Part shown: positions 16,538 to 26,496 of the stretch, in pieces
How the letters are laid out: each line of letters begins with the position of its first letter
How positions within the stretch are numbered: the stretch's first letter is position 1
Assembly: GCA_964401875.1 (NCBI GenBank)
Contig: CAYOAB010000002.1
Span: 1-37,324 of the forward strand
DNA: 37,324 nucleotides
Reading direction: 5' to 3'
From: Candidatus Micrarchaeota archaeon
GTDB lineage: Archaea > Micrarchaeota > Micrarchaeia > CAILAH01
The notes under the pieces: model-generated
Told to the model about the DNA's origin: nothing
Seen by the model: only the letters and a program-made list of their open reading frames with translations
The model's database searches: none
Program-made: the position numbers and the translations under genes

Positions 16538-17563
16538 ATGGAAGAGATAGATAAAGATAACAACACTGATAATGATATTAAAGATGAAGACATTTACATT
16601 CCTTGGACTGAGAAGTATAGGCCAAAAAAAGTTGATGAAATAGTTGGACATAAAGGTATAGTTGAAAGGTTAAAGGCCTACGTTAAAGAAAAGAATATGC
16701 CCAACTTACTCTTCTCCGGGCCAGCAGGTATAGGTAAAACCACTTCCGCAATAGCTTTAGCCCATGAACTTTACGAGGAAGACATTAAACAATCCTTTTT
16801 AGAATTGAACGCAAGTGATGAGAGAGGTATAAACATAGTAAGAGGTAAAATCAAAGATTTCGCCCGTACCGTGCCAATAGCAAATGTTCCTTTCAAAATA
16901 ATATTTTTAGATGAAGCCGATGCTTTGACTCAAGATGCACAAAGTGCATTGAGGAGAACAATGGAAATGTATTCAAAAATAACAAGGTTTATCCTCTCAT
17001 GTAACTATTCCTCTAAAATAATCTCACCAATTCAAAGTAGGTGTGCTATATTCAGGTTTACAAGTTTAAACAAGGAAGACATTGAAACTCAATTAGAACT
17101 AATCTCTAAAAAAGAAAAAATAACAATTTCAAAAGATGTAATTGATGCTGTTTATGAAGTGGGTGAAGGCGATTTAAGAAAATCAATTAACCTTTTACAA
17201 AGTGCAACTTTAACTTCAAAGAAGATAACAGAAAAACAAATTTACACTTTAGCTTCAAGAGCTAAACCCACTGAGGTTGCAGAAATAATAGATAATGCAT
17301 ATAAGGGCAACTTCTCAGATGCACGTAAAAAGCTTGAACATGTAATTGTTCACTATGGTATGAGCGGACAAGATATAATTGATCAAATGTATAGTGAAGT
17401 TATAAAGATGAGTTTACCTGACGCAGTTAAAGTCCGTTTGGTTGATAAGATAGGTGAATATAATTTCCGTTTAAGTGAAGGTGCAGATGAAAGAATTCAA
17501 ATTAATGCACTTCTCGCGCACATAACGCTTGAAGGTAAAAATAATGGTGATATGAATGTATAA
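16538..17563 (+). CDS. rfcS: Replication factor C small subunit
   Basis: 341 aa with WTEKYRPKKVDEIVGH, GPAGIGKTT, IIFLDEADALT, the SRC motif QSRCAIFRF and GDLRKSIN. Confidence 0.9.
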   Translation: MEEIDKDNNTDNDIKDEDIYIPWTEKYRPKKVDEIVGHKGIVERLKAYVKEKNMPNLLFSGPAGIGKTTSAIALAHELYEEDIKQSFLELNASDERGINIVRGKIKDFARTVPIANVPFKIIFLDEADALTQDAQSALRRTMEMYSKITRFILSCNYSSKIISPIQSRCAIFRFTSLNKEDIETQLELISKKEKITISKDVIDAVYEVGEGDLRKSINLLQSATLTSKKITEKQIYTLASRAKPTEVAEIIDNAYKGNFSDARKKLEHVIVHYGMSGQDIIDQMYSEVIKMSLPDAVKVRLVDKIGEYNFRLSEGADERIQINALLAHITLEGKNNGDMNV

Positions 17564-18113
17564 AAACTCTATAATTATATTGTTTTTAATGTTTTTTCTT
17601 TTCGGTTGTATAACCACTCCTGAAAGGGAATTTGAAGAGATTGACCCTGAAAAAACAATAATTGAGGATGCCACGAATAAGCATCCGAATGCTGATATTA
17701 TTGAAATTGAAAGTTTAGATTTAATGGACGGTATTAATATTACAAGTGTAAGGGTTTCATATTACGTTGATACCATATGTCCTGAAAGGTACAGGTTAAG
17801 GTATAAATACCCAGAGTTCGGTTACGAAACAGGTATTCCTATTGAGATTGTTAAAAATTGTGAATACAGGTACACTCCAGATTCAATTATAACTTATGAA
17901 GAGCAAGCCATTGTTGCCGCACATACTTTAATGGGTAGTGATGAAGTTAATGAATTCATAGGCGCGGGTGAAAATATTAAAGTTAAAACCTCTTTCACAT
18001 CAAATACAGGAGTATGGAAAGTTACTTTTGAAAATATTTTAACAAATGAAACTATGTATGTTTCATTACAATCCAAAAACCCTAAGATATTAAATATTGA
18101 AAAATTAGAATAA
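17556..18113 (+). CDS. Small secreted protein with a lipobox-like signal (hypothetical)
   Basis: 185 aa. MYKNSIIILFLMFFLFGC is a signal peptide ending in L-F-G-C. The start overlaps the rfcS stop by 8 nt. Confidence 0.5.
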   Translation: MYKNSIIILFLMFFLFGCITTPEREFEEIDPEKTIIEDATNKHPNADIIEIESLDLMDGINITSVRVSYYVDTICPERYRLRYKYPEFGYETGIPIEIVKNCEYRYTPDSIITYEEQAIVAAHTLMGSDEVNEFIGAGENIKVKTSFTSNTGVWKVTFENILTNETMYVSLQSKNPKILNIEKLE

Positions 18114-19979
18114 TTTTTTCTTTTTAATTATTTTATATACACCTATTCCAATTAAAATAATGAAAATTAAACTTATCCCTATAAACCCTAACACAAAAAT
18201 ACCCATAAATACAAGATTTTCACTATTCTTTTTTTCACTTTCAATTAATTTCTCTGCGTTTTGTAAACAAACCCACGCTTCGTTAGGAGCAATTTCAAAA
18301 TTATCTTTCGCGCAACTCATTTCCAATTCTATTTCTTGAACGTTAACAAAAAGGTTTTGTTTCAATTCATTAAATTCCTCTTCAATCCTTTCAATGTTTT
18401 CATTAACTTTATCATAATTTTCTTTATACTCTACGTACTCTTCTTTAATTGAATTGATTTTAATTTCTAATTTTTCTATTAAACTTTCATTTTGTTCTAC
18501 TTCAATTATAAACTCTTCAATTTCTAAAACTTTCATTTTAAAGAATGAATAATTCTCAATTAATGGTTTATAATATTCAAAATCGTTTAATATTTTAACA
18601 AGTTCCTCTTCTTTAACAATTATTTCTTCCTCTTCTTCATTTTCATCTTCAACTTCACTTTCAACTTCTATAAAATCATTATATCTTTTTATAACAATTT
18701 CACTTTTCTCAACCAACTCGTGATATTTATTTTCATCTTTCAAATCTAAAATTTCCTGCAAGTCCCATATTATTCTCGTGGCACTATAATTTTTAGTTCC
18801 TTCATATGGTACTTCATCTAACATTTCATCCATATAATAACTAACATTTTGTTCAATCTTACTATTCAATTGTGGTCCCACTCCTGCAATATATCCCACT
18901 ACCACTGCATTTAAACCATTCAATTCTTCATATGCATCATTGTTATTAGTGTACGTGTAATTGTATGTCATGTTTTGAAACTCTTCACATTTATTCTGAA
19001 CATTTAATTTGTAATGTTGTGCTGCCTCATTCAATTCACATGCAATTTTAATTCTATTCAATATATCTGAATATAATGTTTCTACTTGTTCCTTGGTTTT
19101 AGTAGTTCTCTTATCAACTGTGTAAACTAATAATTCTTCTTTATCACACATTACATAGAGTTTATCATTCGCGAATGTAAAATCTTCAATTTTATCATCA
19201 CATTCCGGTACAATCGATTCAATTTTCTCACCACTCATTTTATCCATCAATGTGATTTTGTTATAGTTTTCAAATATGTAAACAAAAAGTTCATCCACCT
19301 CAATTCTTAACGGATTTTCTGTTACATATGCTTTCTTCCCTTTAGCTAATACGTCAATGTACTCATATGGTTCTTCACTATCATAAACAAAAATCTGTTC
19401 CAATCCTTTATCTAAAACATACATTCTTTCTTCTGAAATTGCTATGTCATATGGTTCCTCAAAATTAGCTTGAACACCATGACTTGAAACGCTCATTGAA
19501 CCTTTTGATAAATATTTATCTTTATCATACTCTTCCATGATGTTAATTCTTTTTCTTTCCCTATCCACTAAATAAATATGGTTTCCTTCATTTCCAATTG
19601 TTATTGCGTAAGGTGAATCAGGGAAATACGAATCACTGTTTCCTTTGAAAAGTTCCTTTTTGGTATCATAATTAATCTTGTAAACATAACCATTTTCCAA
19701 AACATAAATTATATCTTCAGTTATCCAAACATCTTTAATTCCATTGAATTCACTTCCAATGCTTCTTACTCTTTCAAGTTCCAATTCTTCGTAATCAATT
19801 TTATATCTCCAGATCGAAGAATCCGTAGAGAATGTTAAAAACAATTCATCCCCATAAGCATATATTTTATCTATATTTTCAATTCCACTAATGTCTATGG
19901 TTTCATTATAATCTATACTTATAGCTAAAACATTTCCAAGAATCAAAAATAATATTATTGTTAAATATTTTCCGTTCAT
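18105..19979 (-). CDS. Secreted repeat (beta-propeller-like) plus coiled-coil protein with a C-terminal TM anchor (hypothetical)
   Basis: 624 aa with an N-terminal signal (LTIILFLILGNVLA). It has recurring Y-V/I-x-D/E-type strand motifs (IYVLENGYVYK, IYLVDRERKR, MYVLDKGLEQIFVYD, LYVMCDKEELLVY). An E-rich coiled-coil and a C-terminal TM (FMGIFVLGFIGISLIFIILIGIGVY) follow. Its ATG overlaps the aIF5B stop (ATGA). Confidence 0.6.
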   Translation of the reverse strand: MNGKYLTIILFLILGNVLAISIDYNETIDISGIENIDKIYAYGDELFLTFSTDSSIWRYKIDYEELELERVRSIGSEFNGIKDVWITEDIIYVLENGYVYKINYDTKKELFKGNSDSYFPDSPYAITIGNEGNHIYLVDRERKRINIMEEYDKDKYLSKGSMSVSSHGVQANFEEPYDIAISEERMYVLDKGLEQIFVYDSEEPYEYIDVLAKGKKAYVTENPLRIEVDELFVYIFENYNKITLMDKMSGEKIESIVPECDDKIEDFTFANDKLYVMCDKEELLVYTVDKRTTKTKEQVETLYSDILNRIKIACELNEAAQHYKLNVQNKCEEFQNMTYNYTYTNNNDAYEELNGLNAVVVGYIAGVGPQLNSKIEQNVSYYMDEMLDEVPYEGTKNYSATRIIWDLQEILDLKDENKYHELVEKSEIVIKRYNDFIEVESEVEDENEEEEEIIVKEEELVKILNDFEYYKPLIENYSFFKMKVLEIEEFIIEVEQNESLIEKLEIKINSIKEEYVEYKENYDKVNENIERIEEEFNELKQNLFVNVQEIELEMSCAKDNFEIAPNEAWVCLQNAEKLIESEKKNSENLVFMGIFVLGFIGISLIFIILIGIGVYKIIKKKKLF

Positions 19980-21748
19980 CTTATCACTTTTTGTTTAGTT
20001 ATTCTTAATATGTGAAGTAAAAGTTGTATTTCATCCTCTTTTAATTGTGACGAATACTTCTCTAAATACATTTCACCTTCCCTCTTATGCACATATGTGT
20101 AAAGAGTAATTCCAGCAACAATATCTCTCCCAAATGTTGGGCCATCTACTGATATTGCTGCTTCATTACCTGCTACTGCTTCATCTTTACTTGTCTTATC
20201 AACTTGTATACCCTTTATTTTACCTATAATTTCTCCTCTCTCATTTATCAAATCTGTTCCCTTTTTTATTCTCCCCACTTCAACCTTAACACCAAAAATT
20301 GCTGGTTTATTTATTCTGAAACAGCAGTTAGGTATAATTTTAATTCTTCCAATGGGTTGTAATTTCTCAAATACATTTTTCTTTTCCTCTTGTAACATTT
20401 CCTCTTTCCATTTTGTATATTTTTCAATAAGCAAATAAATTACATTATCATTGAATATTGGTATTTTATTTTCTTTAGCAAATTGTTCAACGTCTTTTTG
20501 AACTTTAACATTAAACGCTAAAATAACTGCGTTAAGTGGATTACTTTCCCTAACAGCACAGGTTTCAACTACATCCTTTTTTGTAACGTTACCTATGTTA
20601 ACTCTTCCCACTCTAATCCCTTCATTTTGAAGTAACCTAATACTGGCTTCAAGTGAACCCAAGGTATCTGCCCTAACAGTTAATCCATCTCCTCCCGAAG
20701 TGAATTTAAGTATAGAATTCATTTCATTCTTAAGTGAATTTATCTCCTCATCATTTTCATTTTCAATTGTTATCAATTCACTTCCTGGTAATGCTCCTTC
20801 CAGGTTAGGTGCAACTATCTTAACACCACTTGCGGCTCTTACACTTTGAATGTTAGCGAATTTATCTTTAGGATCACGCATTTCATCTAACGGTTTAGGT
20901 TTAAGTAATGCTCTAATTGTAGTAATGTTAACTCCGTCAAGTGTAGCGAAAGCTATTTTATCCCCCACATTCAATTTACCATTATACAAAATACAATCTA
21001 ATGTGGTTCCCAACCCTTGCACCTCTTTAACTTCAAGAATACTTGACTTACCTCTAGATTCTTGATCAGTTTTCAAATTATTTTCTAAATATTTCTGTGC
21101 TAAAGCAGATATCATAATTAATATTTCAATTAACCCTTCACTTGTATGTGCACTAACAGGTATAATTCCAATTTCTTTCGTGAAATCTAACACTCTATCA
21201 TATCTATCTGAGTTGAAACCCAATTCACCTAACTTTCCTACTAAATTATAGATTTTATTATCTAAATCCTCTTGAACTTGTGGTGTTTGTTGTGAAATTG
21301 ATTCCATTATAGATTTTGTATTTTTCTTTTTCCAACCATAAACTAAATCGACCTTATTCATGGCAACTATGAAAGGTGTTTTATATTCTTTTAATATGTT
21401 AATAGCTTCAATTGTTTGAGGTTGAAAACCTTGCGTTGCATCAACAACTAAAATAGCAATATCTGCAATACTTCCCCCTCTCTTACGCAAATTAGTAAAC
21501 GCTTCATGTCCGGGTGTATCTATAAACAATAAACCTGGTATTTTAAGGTTAAATTTCATTTTTTCAAGTAATGATTTACCAATGCTATTGATTATATCTA
21601 TGGGCACTTCACTTGCACCTATGTGCTGGGTTATCGCTCCCTTTTCCCTCTTCTGAACACTTGTATTTCTAATACTATCTAATAATGAAGTTTTACCGTG
21701 ATCAACATGGCCCATTACGACTACAATGGGTTGTCTAACTATTTCCAT
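19976..21748 (-). CDS. infB: Translation initiation factor aIF5B (IF-2 homologue)
   Basis: 590 aa with G1 GHVDHGKTSLLD, G3 DTPGHEAF and G4 NKVD. Length and domain order are typical of archaeal aIF5B. Confidence 0.9.
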   Translation of the reverse strand: MEIVRQPIVVVMGHVDHGKTSLLDSIRNTSVQKREKGAITQHIGASEVPIDIINSIGKSLLEKMKFNLKIPGLLFIDTPGHEAFTNLRKRGGSIADIAILVVDATQGFQPQTIEAINILKEYKTPFIVAMNKVDLVYGWKKKNTKSIMESISQQTPQVQEDLDNKIYNLVGKLGELGFNSDRYDRVLDFTKEIGIIPVSAHTSEGLIEILIMISALAQKYLENNLKTDQESRGKSSILEVKEVQGLGTTLDCILYNGKLNVGDKIAFATLDGVNITTIRALLKPKPLDEMRDPKDKFANIQSVRAASGVKIVAPNLEGALPGSELITIENENDEEINSLKNEMNSILKFTSGGDGLTVRADTLGSLEASIRLLQNEGIRVGRVNIGNVTKKDVVETCAVRESNPLNAVILAFNVKVQKDVEQFAKENKIPIFNDNVIYLLIEKYTKWKEEMLQEEKKNVFEKLQPIGRIKIIPNCCFRINKPAIFGVKVEVGRIKKGTDLINERGEIIGKIKGIQVDKTSKDEAVAGNEAAISVDGPTFGRDIVAGITLYTYVHKREGEMYLEKYSSQLKEDEIQLLLHILRITKQKVIR

Positions 21749-21833
21749 ATAATTAATTCAGAATTAAAATTATTTAAATTGTACATTTAAGTTATATTTT
21801 TAAATTTAGATTGAGATTTACTTTTGTGATATT

Positions 21834-22496
21834 GTGAGCGGAAACGATTTAGAATTTATTGATGTTATTGTACTAAAGAAAATTGATGCAGATTCTACCG
21901 TTGAATCATTCGGTTCAAGGTTAGGTGGAATATTTGAAGCGGCAAACATTTTAGGTGGCATTAAGCTTAAAGGGTATATAGATATTCATTCCATTATAGG
22001 TAATAGTCCAGTTATTATAACCGATAAAGGTAATTCTCTTTTACATGATTTAGATGTGCATGCAAGAACTCCTATAACTAAAATTGATAAAGCAGTTTTA
22101 GATTCAATAAAGAAAAGTTTCAAGGAACCCGGACAAATATCAAGGATGCTTAACATTAATTCAAGAGACATTGCTTATAGTTTAAACAAGTTATGGGTAA
22201 AAAATCTCATTAATGTAAGTTCTCATAATGGGAAAGTAGATATAACTTTAACAGTTCAAGGTTTTGAGGAAGAAATTTATATTAAGGAAGAATTGCCATT
22301 AGAATCTGACACAAATTCTGATAATATAAAAAATAAAATTGCCAAAGAAATAATTGATGAAGATGCTCAAGAAGTTTGTGATTTAAATAATGAGGATACT
22401 TCCTTCATGAGTAAATACTCCTTCGCCATTGTGGGATTAATTCTATTATTATTGGCAGTAATACTCGTTTTATTTATTGTGTTTGTAGGTATTTAA
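21834..22496 (+). CDS. Tail-anchored protein with a possible winged-helix segment (hypothetical)
   Basis: 220 aa with a GTG start; there is no in-frame ATG before residue ~105. GQISRMLNINSRDIAYSLNKLWVKNLI looks HTH-like. The C-terminal TM is FAIVGLILLLLAVILVLFIVFVGI. Confidence 0.45.
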   Translation: MSGNDLEFIDVIVLKKIDADSTVESFGSRLGGIFEAANILGGIKLKGYIDIHSIIGNSPVIITDKGNSLLHDLDVHARTPITKIDKAVLDSIKKSFKEPGQISRMLNINSRDIAYSLNKLWVKNLINVSSHNGKVDITLTVQGFEEEIYIKEELPLESDTNSDNIKNKIAKEIIDEDAQEVCDLNNEDTSFMSKYSFAIVGLILLLLAVILVLFIVFVGI

Positions 22497-22519
22497 ACTT
22501 TTCACTTTTTATATTCCTT

Positions 22520-23128
22520 ATGCTAAAAGAAGATTTAGATTTATTTTCAAAGAGTGGAATTAAAATTCCTAATTATTTAATAATTAAGCCTAATGAAGAG
22601 TTCAAATTGTTTAATGCTAAGAAGTATGTAGTTAAAGCTCTTGGTGAAAAACTTCTTCATAAAAGTGATATGGGTGCAGTTAAAGTTAATGTGGAAAGAG
22701 AAGACGTTGAAGTTGAAATGAGAAAACTAAGAAATAGATTAGGTAAAAATGTTGAAGCTTTCTTAATTCAAGAGATGGCAGAGAAAGGTACGGAAATAAT
22801 AATAGGTGCCAAAAAGGACGCTCAATTCGGTGATGTTGTTCTCTTCGGATTAGGCGGTATTCATGTTGAATTATACAAAGATGTTTCATTGCGTTTATGT
22901 CCTGTTACATTAGATGATGCTTATGAAATGATTGATGAAACTAAAGCTTCAGTTATACTAAATGGTTTTAGGGGTTCACCTCAAATTGATAGGAGGATGG
23001 TTGCTCAATTGATTATGAAAGTATGTCAAATAATGCAAAAGAATCCTGATATAAAAGAGATTGATTTAAATCCAGTAATTCTTTACTCGAGAGGGTATAG
23101 TGCAGTGGACATTCGTGTTATTAGATAA
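22520..23128 (+). CDS. acdB: ADP-forming acetyl-CoA synthetase, beta subunit (ATP-grasp)
   Basis: 202 aa. VVKALGEKLLHKSDMGAVKVNV ... FGDVVLFGLGGIHVELYKDVSLRLCP ... LNGFRGSP ... DLNPV is the ATP-grasp_5 pattern of ACD beta. The alpha subunit follows immediately. Confidence 0.75.
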   Translation: MLKEDLDLFSKSGIKIPNYLIIKPNEEFKLFNAKKYVVKALGEKLLHKSDMGAVKVNVEREDVEVEMRKLRNRLGKNVEAFLIQEMAEKGTEIIIGAKKDAQFGDVVLFGLGGIHVELYKDVSLRLCPVTLDDAYEMIDETKASVILNGFRGSPQIDRRMVAQLIMKVCQIMQKNPDIKEIDLNPVILYSRGYSAVDIRVIR

Positions 23129-23138
23129 AGGTGTTTTT

Positions 23139-24533
23139 ATGGTTAACAAAAAAATTAATGTCAAAAACGTTATGGAACCAAAGAGTATAGCTGTTATAGG
23201 GGCTTCAAAAAACCCCTCAAAAATTGGACATGCAATACTCAAAAACATGTTAATTAGTGGGTATATAGGTAAACTTTATGCAGTTAATCCATCAAGTGAT
23301 GAAATTTTAGGTGTTAAATGTTACAATTCAATTCTTGAAATTAAACATAAAATTGATTGTGCAATTATTTCAATTCCGGCAAAACTTGTTCCACAAGCTC
23401 TTGAAGAGTGTGGTAAGAAAGGAATTAAAGGGGCAATTATAATTAGTGGGGGTTTCAGGGAAGTTGGAGAAGTTGAACTTGAAAATCAAATCGTTGAAAT
23501 AAGTGAAAAGTATGGTATTGCTGTGATAGGGCCAAACTGTTTAGGTATTGTTAATGTTGAAAAGCATTTAGATAGCATTTTCCTTCCCACTTATAAAATG
23601 AAAAGGCCACAAGCAGGTAAAATAAGTTTCATTACACAGAGTGGTGCAGTAGGTTCAACTTTAATTGATTTAATTGGTGAATCAAACATTGGTATTTCCA
23701 AATTCATTTCTTATGGTAATGCAGCTGTGTTAAATGAAGCTGATTTAATTGAATATTTAAGAGAGGATAAACAAACTGAAATTATTGTAATGTACGTTGA
23801 AGGTGTTAAGCAAGGTAGAAGGTTTTATGAGGAGTTAAAGAAAACTACATTAAAGAAACCTGTAATTTTATTGAAGGCAGGTAAAGGTACACTCGCATCC
23901 AAAGCTGCAGCTTCACATACAGGTTCACTTGCTGGTGATTCTAAAGTATTTAGTTCCATGCTTAAACAGGCTGGTGTAATTGAAGCACAAGGTTTGGAAG
24001 AGCTTTTTGATATTTCAAAAATTTTCTTAACAAGGTTACCTAAAGGTAAAAACGTTTTCGTTTTAACAAATGGTGGTGGCTCGGGGGTTTTGGCCGTTGA
24101 CGCAATTGAAAGTTATAAAATGAAACTTGCATCATTTGATAAGAAAACAATTAACAAATTAAAAAAGAAATTACCTTCCCATGTAGTTGTAGGGAACCCA
24201 TTTGATGTAACTGGTGATTCTGGTAATGATAGGTATAGAATTGTACTTGAGGAAGCTGTTAAGGAACCTCACATTGATGCAATTATTGTAATTACATTAT
24301 TCCAAACAGCAGGGTTGAATGCGGAAGTAGTTCATGATATAATTAATGCTTCAAATTCAACTGATAAACCTTTAGTTGCTGTTGCTGCAGGAGGAGCGTA
24401 CACTAAATTACAATTAAGCATTTTGGAATCTTACGGTATACCTACTTATGAGTCACCAACACAAGCTGTTTACGTTCTTTCAAAAGCTTATTGGTACAAG
24501 AGGAAGCGTGACATGAATGTTAGAATTAAGTAA
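23139..24533 (+). CDS. acdA: ADP-forming acetyl-CoA synthetase, alpha subunit (CoA-binding plus ligase-CoA domains)
   Basis: The track ORF starts at 23100, but the ATG at 23139 (MVNKKINVKNVMEPKSIAVIGAS) follows the acdB stop by 10 nt. Motifs are PKSIAVIGASKNPSKIGH, GPNCLGI, SQSGA and AASHTGSLAG (phosphohistidine loop). Confidence 0.8.
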   Translation: MVNKKINVKNVMEPKSIAVIGASKNPSKIGHAILKNMLISGYIGKLYAVNPSSDEILGVKCYNSILEIKHKIDCAIISIPAKLVPQALEECGKKGIKGAIIISGGFREVGEVELENQIVEISEKYGIAVIGPNCLGIVNVEKHLDSIFLPTYKMKRPQAGKISFITQSGAVGSTLIDLIGESNIGISKFISYGNAAVLNEADLIEYLREDKQTEIIVMYVEGVKQGRRFYEELKKTTLKKPVILLKAGKGTLASKAAASHTGSLAGDSKVFSSMLKQAGVIEAQGLEELFDISKIFLTRLPKGKNVFVLTNGGGSGVLAVDAIESYKMKLASFDKKTINKLKKKLPSHVVVGNPFDVTGDSGNDRYRIVLEEAVKEPHIDAIIVITLFQTAGLNAEVVHDIINASNSTDKPLVAVAAGGAYTKLQLSILESYGIPTYESPTQAVYVLSKAYWYKRKRDMNVRIK

Positions 24534-25431
24534 TTTAATTTTACTTTTACTTCTTTACGTTAATGTTAAAGTCATTAAGAAATATTTAAGGTCTAACAAT
24601 ATTTTTCTTCTCTTTCTTTCAGGTGTTTTACTCTTTACTTTCTTCAACTATTGGTTAACAGTTTATTCTATTATTCTTGGTAATTTCGTTAACCATTTTC
24701 AAATTATTATGAACATTCTACCCATATTTATTTTCATTGTAATAATTGTACTTGAGAGTTTAAGAAAAAAAGAACAAATTGAAAAAAATAAAACAAGAGA
24801 TTACTTTTCTAAATATCTCTCTGAGAAAATAGTTGATAATTTACTTGAAGGTAAACTTGAACTCGGTGGTAAAAAGGAAGAAGTAACAATTCTTTTCACA
24901 GACATAAGAGGTTTCACTTCTCTCTCAGAGAAATTGGACGCACAGCAAATTGTTGAGCTTTTGAACGGGCATTTTGATATAATTACTCATGAGATTTTTG
25001 AAGAGGAAGGTACCGTTCTAAAATACATTGGAGATGCTACAATGGCAATATTTAACGCTCCCATTAAACATGAAAATCATACTGAAAAAACAATTAATGC
25101 ATGTATTAAAATACAAAAGAGAATGAACATTTACGCGGATTTGGTTCAACAAAAATATGGGATTGAAAACTTTTCAATAGGTATAGGTATAAATGTAGGT
25201 GAAGTTGTAATAGGTAACATTGGTTCCCACAAATATATGGATTATACCATAATTGGTGATCCAGTTAACACAGCATCACGTTTAAATGGGCAAGCGAGAG
25301 CGGGAGAAATTGTTGTTAGTGAAAAAGTGTATTCCAAAGTTAAAAGTAAGTTTAAGTTCAGTGAACCTGAAAGTGTTAAGGTTAAGGGAAAGGAAAAAGA
25401 AGTTAAAATATATAGGGTGATTTACACATGA
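24517..25431 (+). CDS. Membrane-anchored class III nucleotide (adenylate/guanylate) cyclase
   Basis: 304 aa with about three N-terminal TM helices followed by a CHD domain. VTILFTDIRGFTSLSE and LKYIGDATMAIF carry the two metal-binding Asp, and IIGDPVNTASRL carries the Asn/Arg transition-state motif. The start overlaps the acdA end by 17 nt. Confidence 0.8.
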   Translation: MLELSNLILLLLLYVNVKVIKKYLRSNNIFLLFLSGVLLFTFFNYWLTVYSIILGNFVNHFQIIMNILPIFIFIVIIVLESLRKKEQIEKNKTRDYFSKYLSEKIVDNLLEGKLELGGKKEEVTILFTDIRGFTSLSEKLDAQQIVELLNGHFDIITHEIFEEEGTVLKYIGDATMAIFNAPIKHENHTEKTINACIKIQKRMNIYADLVQQKYGIENFSIGIGINVGEVVIGNIGSHKYMDYTIIGDPVNTASRLNGQARAGEIVVSEKVYSKVKSKFKFSEPESVKVKGKEKEVKIYRVIYT

Positions 25432-25949
25432 ATTTAATTGAATATGTAAAGGCATTTTTCACATCACGTGATGATATACTTTCAATTATAAATTCAAACG
25501 TTTCATACCAAAATATAATTACTTTCATTTTTGCAGTTTTCCTAATTTCTGTACCCACAACATTCCAAATTTACAATTATGTTTTCAACATAATCCTATT
25601 AGGAATTTCAATTTCTTTAATCACTTTATTAAGTTCATATTTAATTTCAATGTTAAACAAAAAAGATTTATTCAATACATTTTTAGGTAATTTAAACTTC
25701 GTTTCATTCATAGTTTTCTGTAATGTTTTCATTATACTTTTAATGTATTTGATAGGCCTACCCTTCAATGCAAGTTCAATTTTAATATCCGTTGCGGCCA
25801 CTCTCATTTCAACATACTATTTCATAGTAATTTTAACTTATTCCTTTTCTTTACAAATAAAACAATGTAAAATGAGAAAATTATATGAGATTTTAATATT
25901 GGCCTTATGGTTCTTTTTCGTTTTCTTAATACTCCCTTTGACTATTTGA
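25428..25949 (+). CDS. Five-TM small membrane protein (Yip1/DUF1282-like layout, tentative)
   Basis: 173 aa. A short cytosolic N-terminus (MNLIEYVKAFFTSRDDILSII) is followed by five hydrophobic helices. Its ATG overlaps the cyclase stop (ATGA). Confidence 0.5.
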   Translation: MNLIEYVKAFFTSRDDILSIINSNVSYQNIITFIFAVFLISVPTTFQIYNYVFNIILLGISISLITLLSSYLISMLNKKDLFNTFLGNLNFVSFIVFCNVFIILLMYLIGLPFNASSILISVAATLISTYYFIVILTYSFSLQIKQCKMRKLYEILILALWFFFVFLILPLTI

Positions 25950-25980
25950 TTTTTATTCTTTTACACGTAATTCTATTAGA

Positions 25981-26481
25981 ATGAAATTAAGTGAAGAGAT
26001 TTTACAATTAATAAAGGATAAGAAATACGATGAATGTTTAACTAAATGTGAAAAGAAAATAAAAATTGATCCTGAAAATTCTGTTGCTCTTTTCGGAGTG
26101 GCCTTTGCTTTATTTCACAAAGGGGAATATGAAAAATCATACGCTTACGCTAAAAAGAACTTACTTAAAGTAAGAGAAAAAGATGTTAATATTTTACTCA
26201 GGATGGTTGAGGTTTACAATTTAATTTCTATGAATAAGTATAATGAAGACATGAAGAAAATTTTGGATTCTTTAGAAAAGGAAAAAAGTAATGAGGATGT
26301 GTCTAATCATGTTAAAACTTTTTTGATAATGTACCATATTTTTAATAAAAATACTGAAACTGCAGATAAGATGTATGGAGAATTAAACGAACAAAAGAAG
26401 AAAGAGTTTCTTAATTTCTTAATTGAAAATGTAATTAAAGGTAAAACTGCTAAAATTATGAAAAACTATTTAAATTTCTAA
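25981..26481 (+). CDS. TPR-like repeat protein
   Basis: 166 aa and all-helical. DPENSVALFGVAFALFHKGEYEKSYAYAKKNL matches the TPR consensus. Confidence 0.6.
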   Translation: MKLSEEILQLIKDKKYDECLTKCEKKIKIDPENSVALFGVAFALFHKGEYEKSYAYAKKNLLKVREKDVNILLRMVEVYNLISMNKYNEDMKKILDSLEKEKSNEDVSNHVKTFLIMYHIFNKNTETADKMYGELNEQKKKEFLNFLIENVIKGKTAKIMKNYLNF

Positions 26482-26496
26482 TAGTAATATCTTTAC

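Noticed and set aside
24517-25949. Calling the cyclase plus TM pair a Pycsar (or CBASS) system.
   Set aside because: The downstream 173-aa protein is only five TM helices with no visible cyclic-nucleotide-binding, TIR or SAVED domain. The cyclase itself is membrane-anchored and looks like an ordinary class IIIb adenylyl cyclase. The resemblance is in logic only, so it is reported as a hypothesis and not as an annotation.
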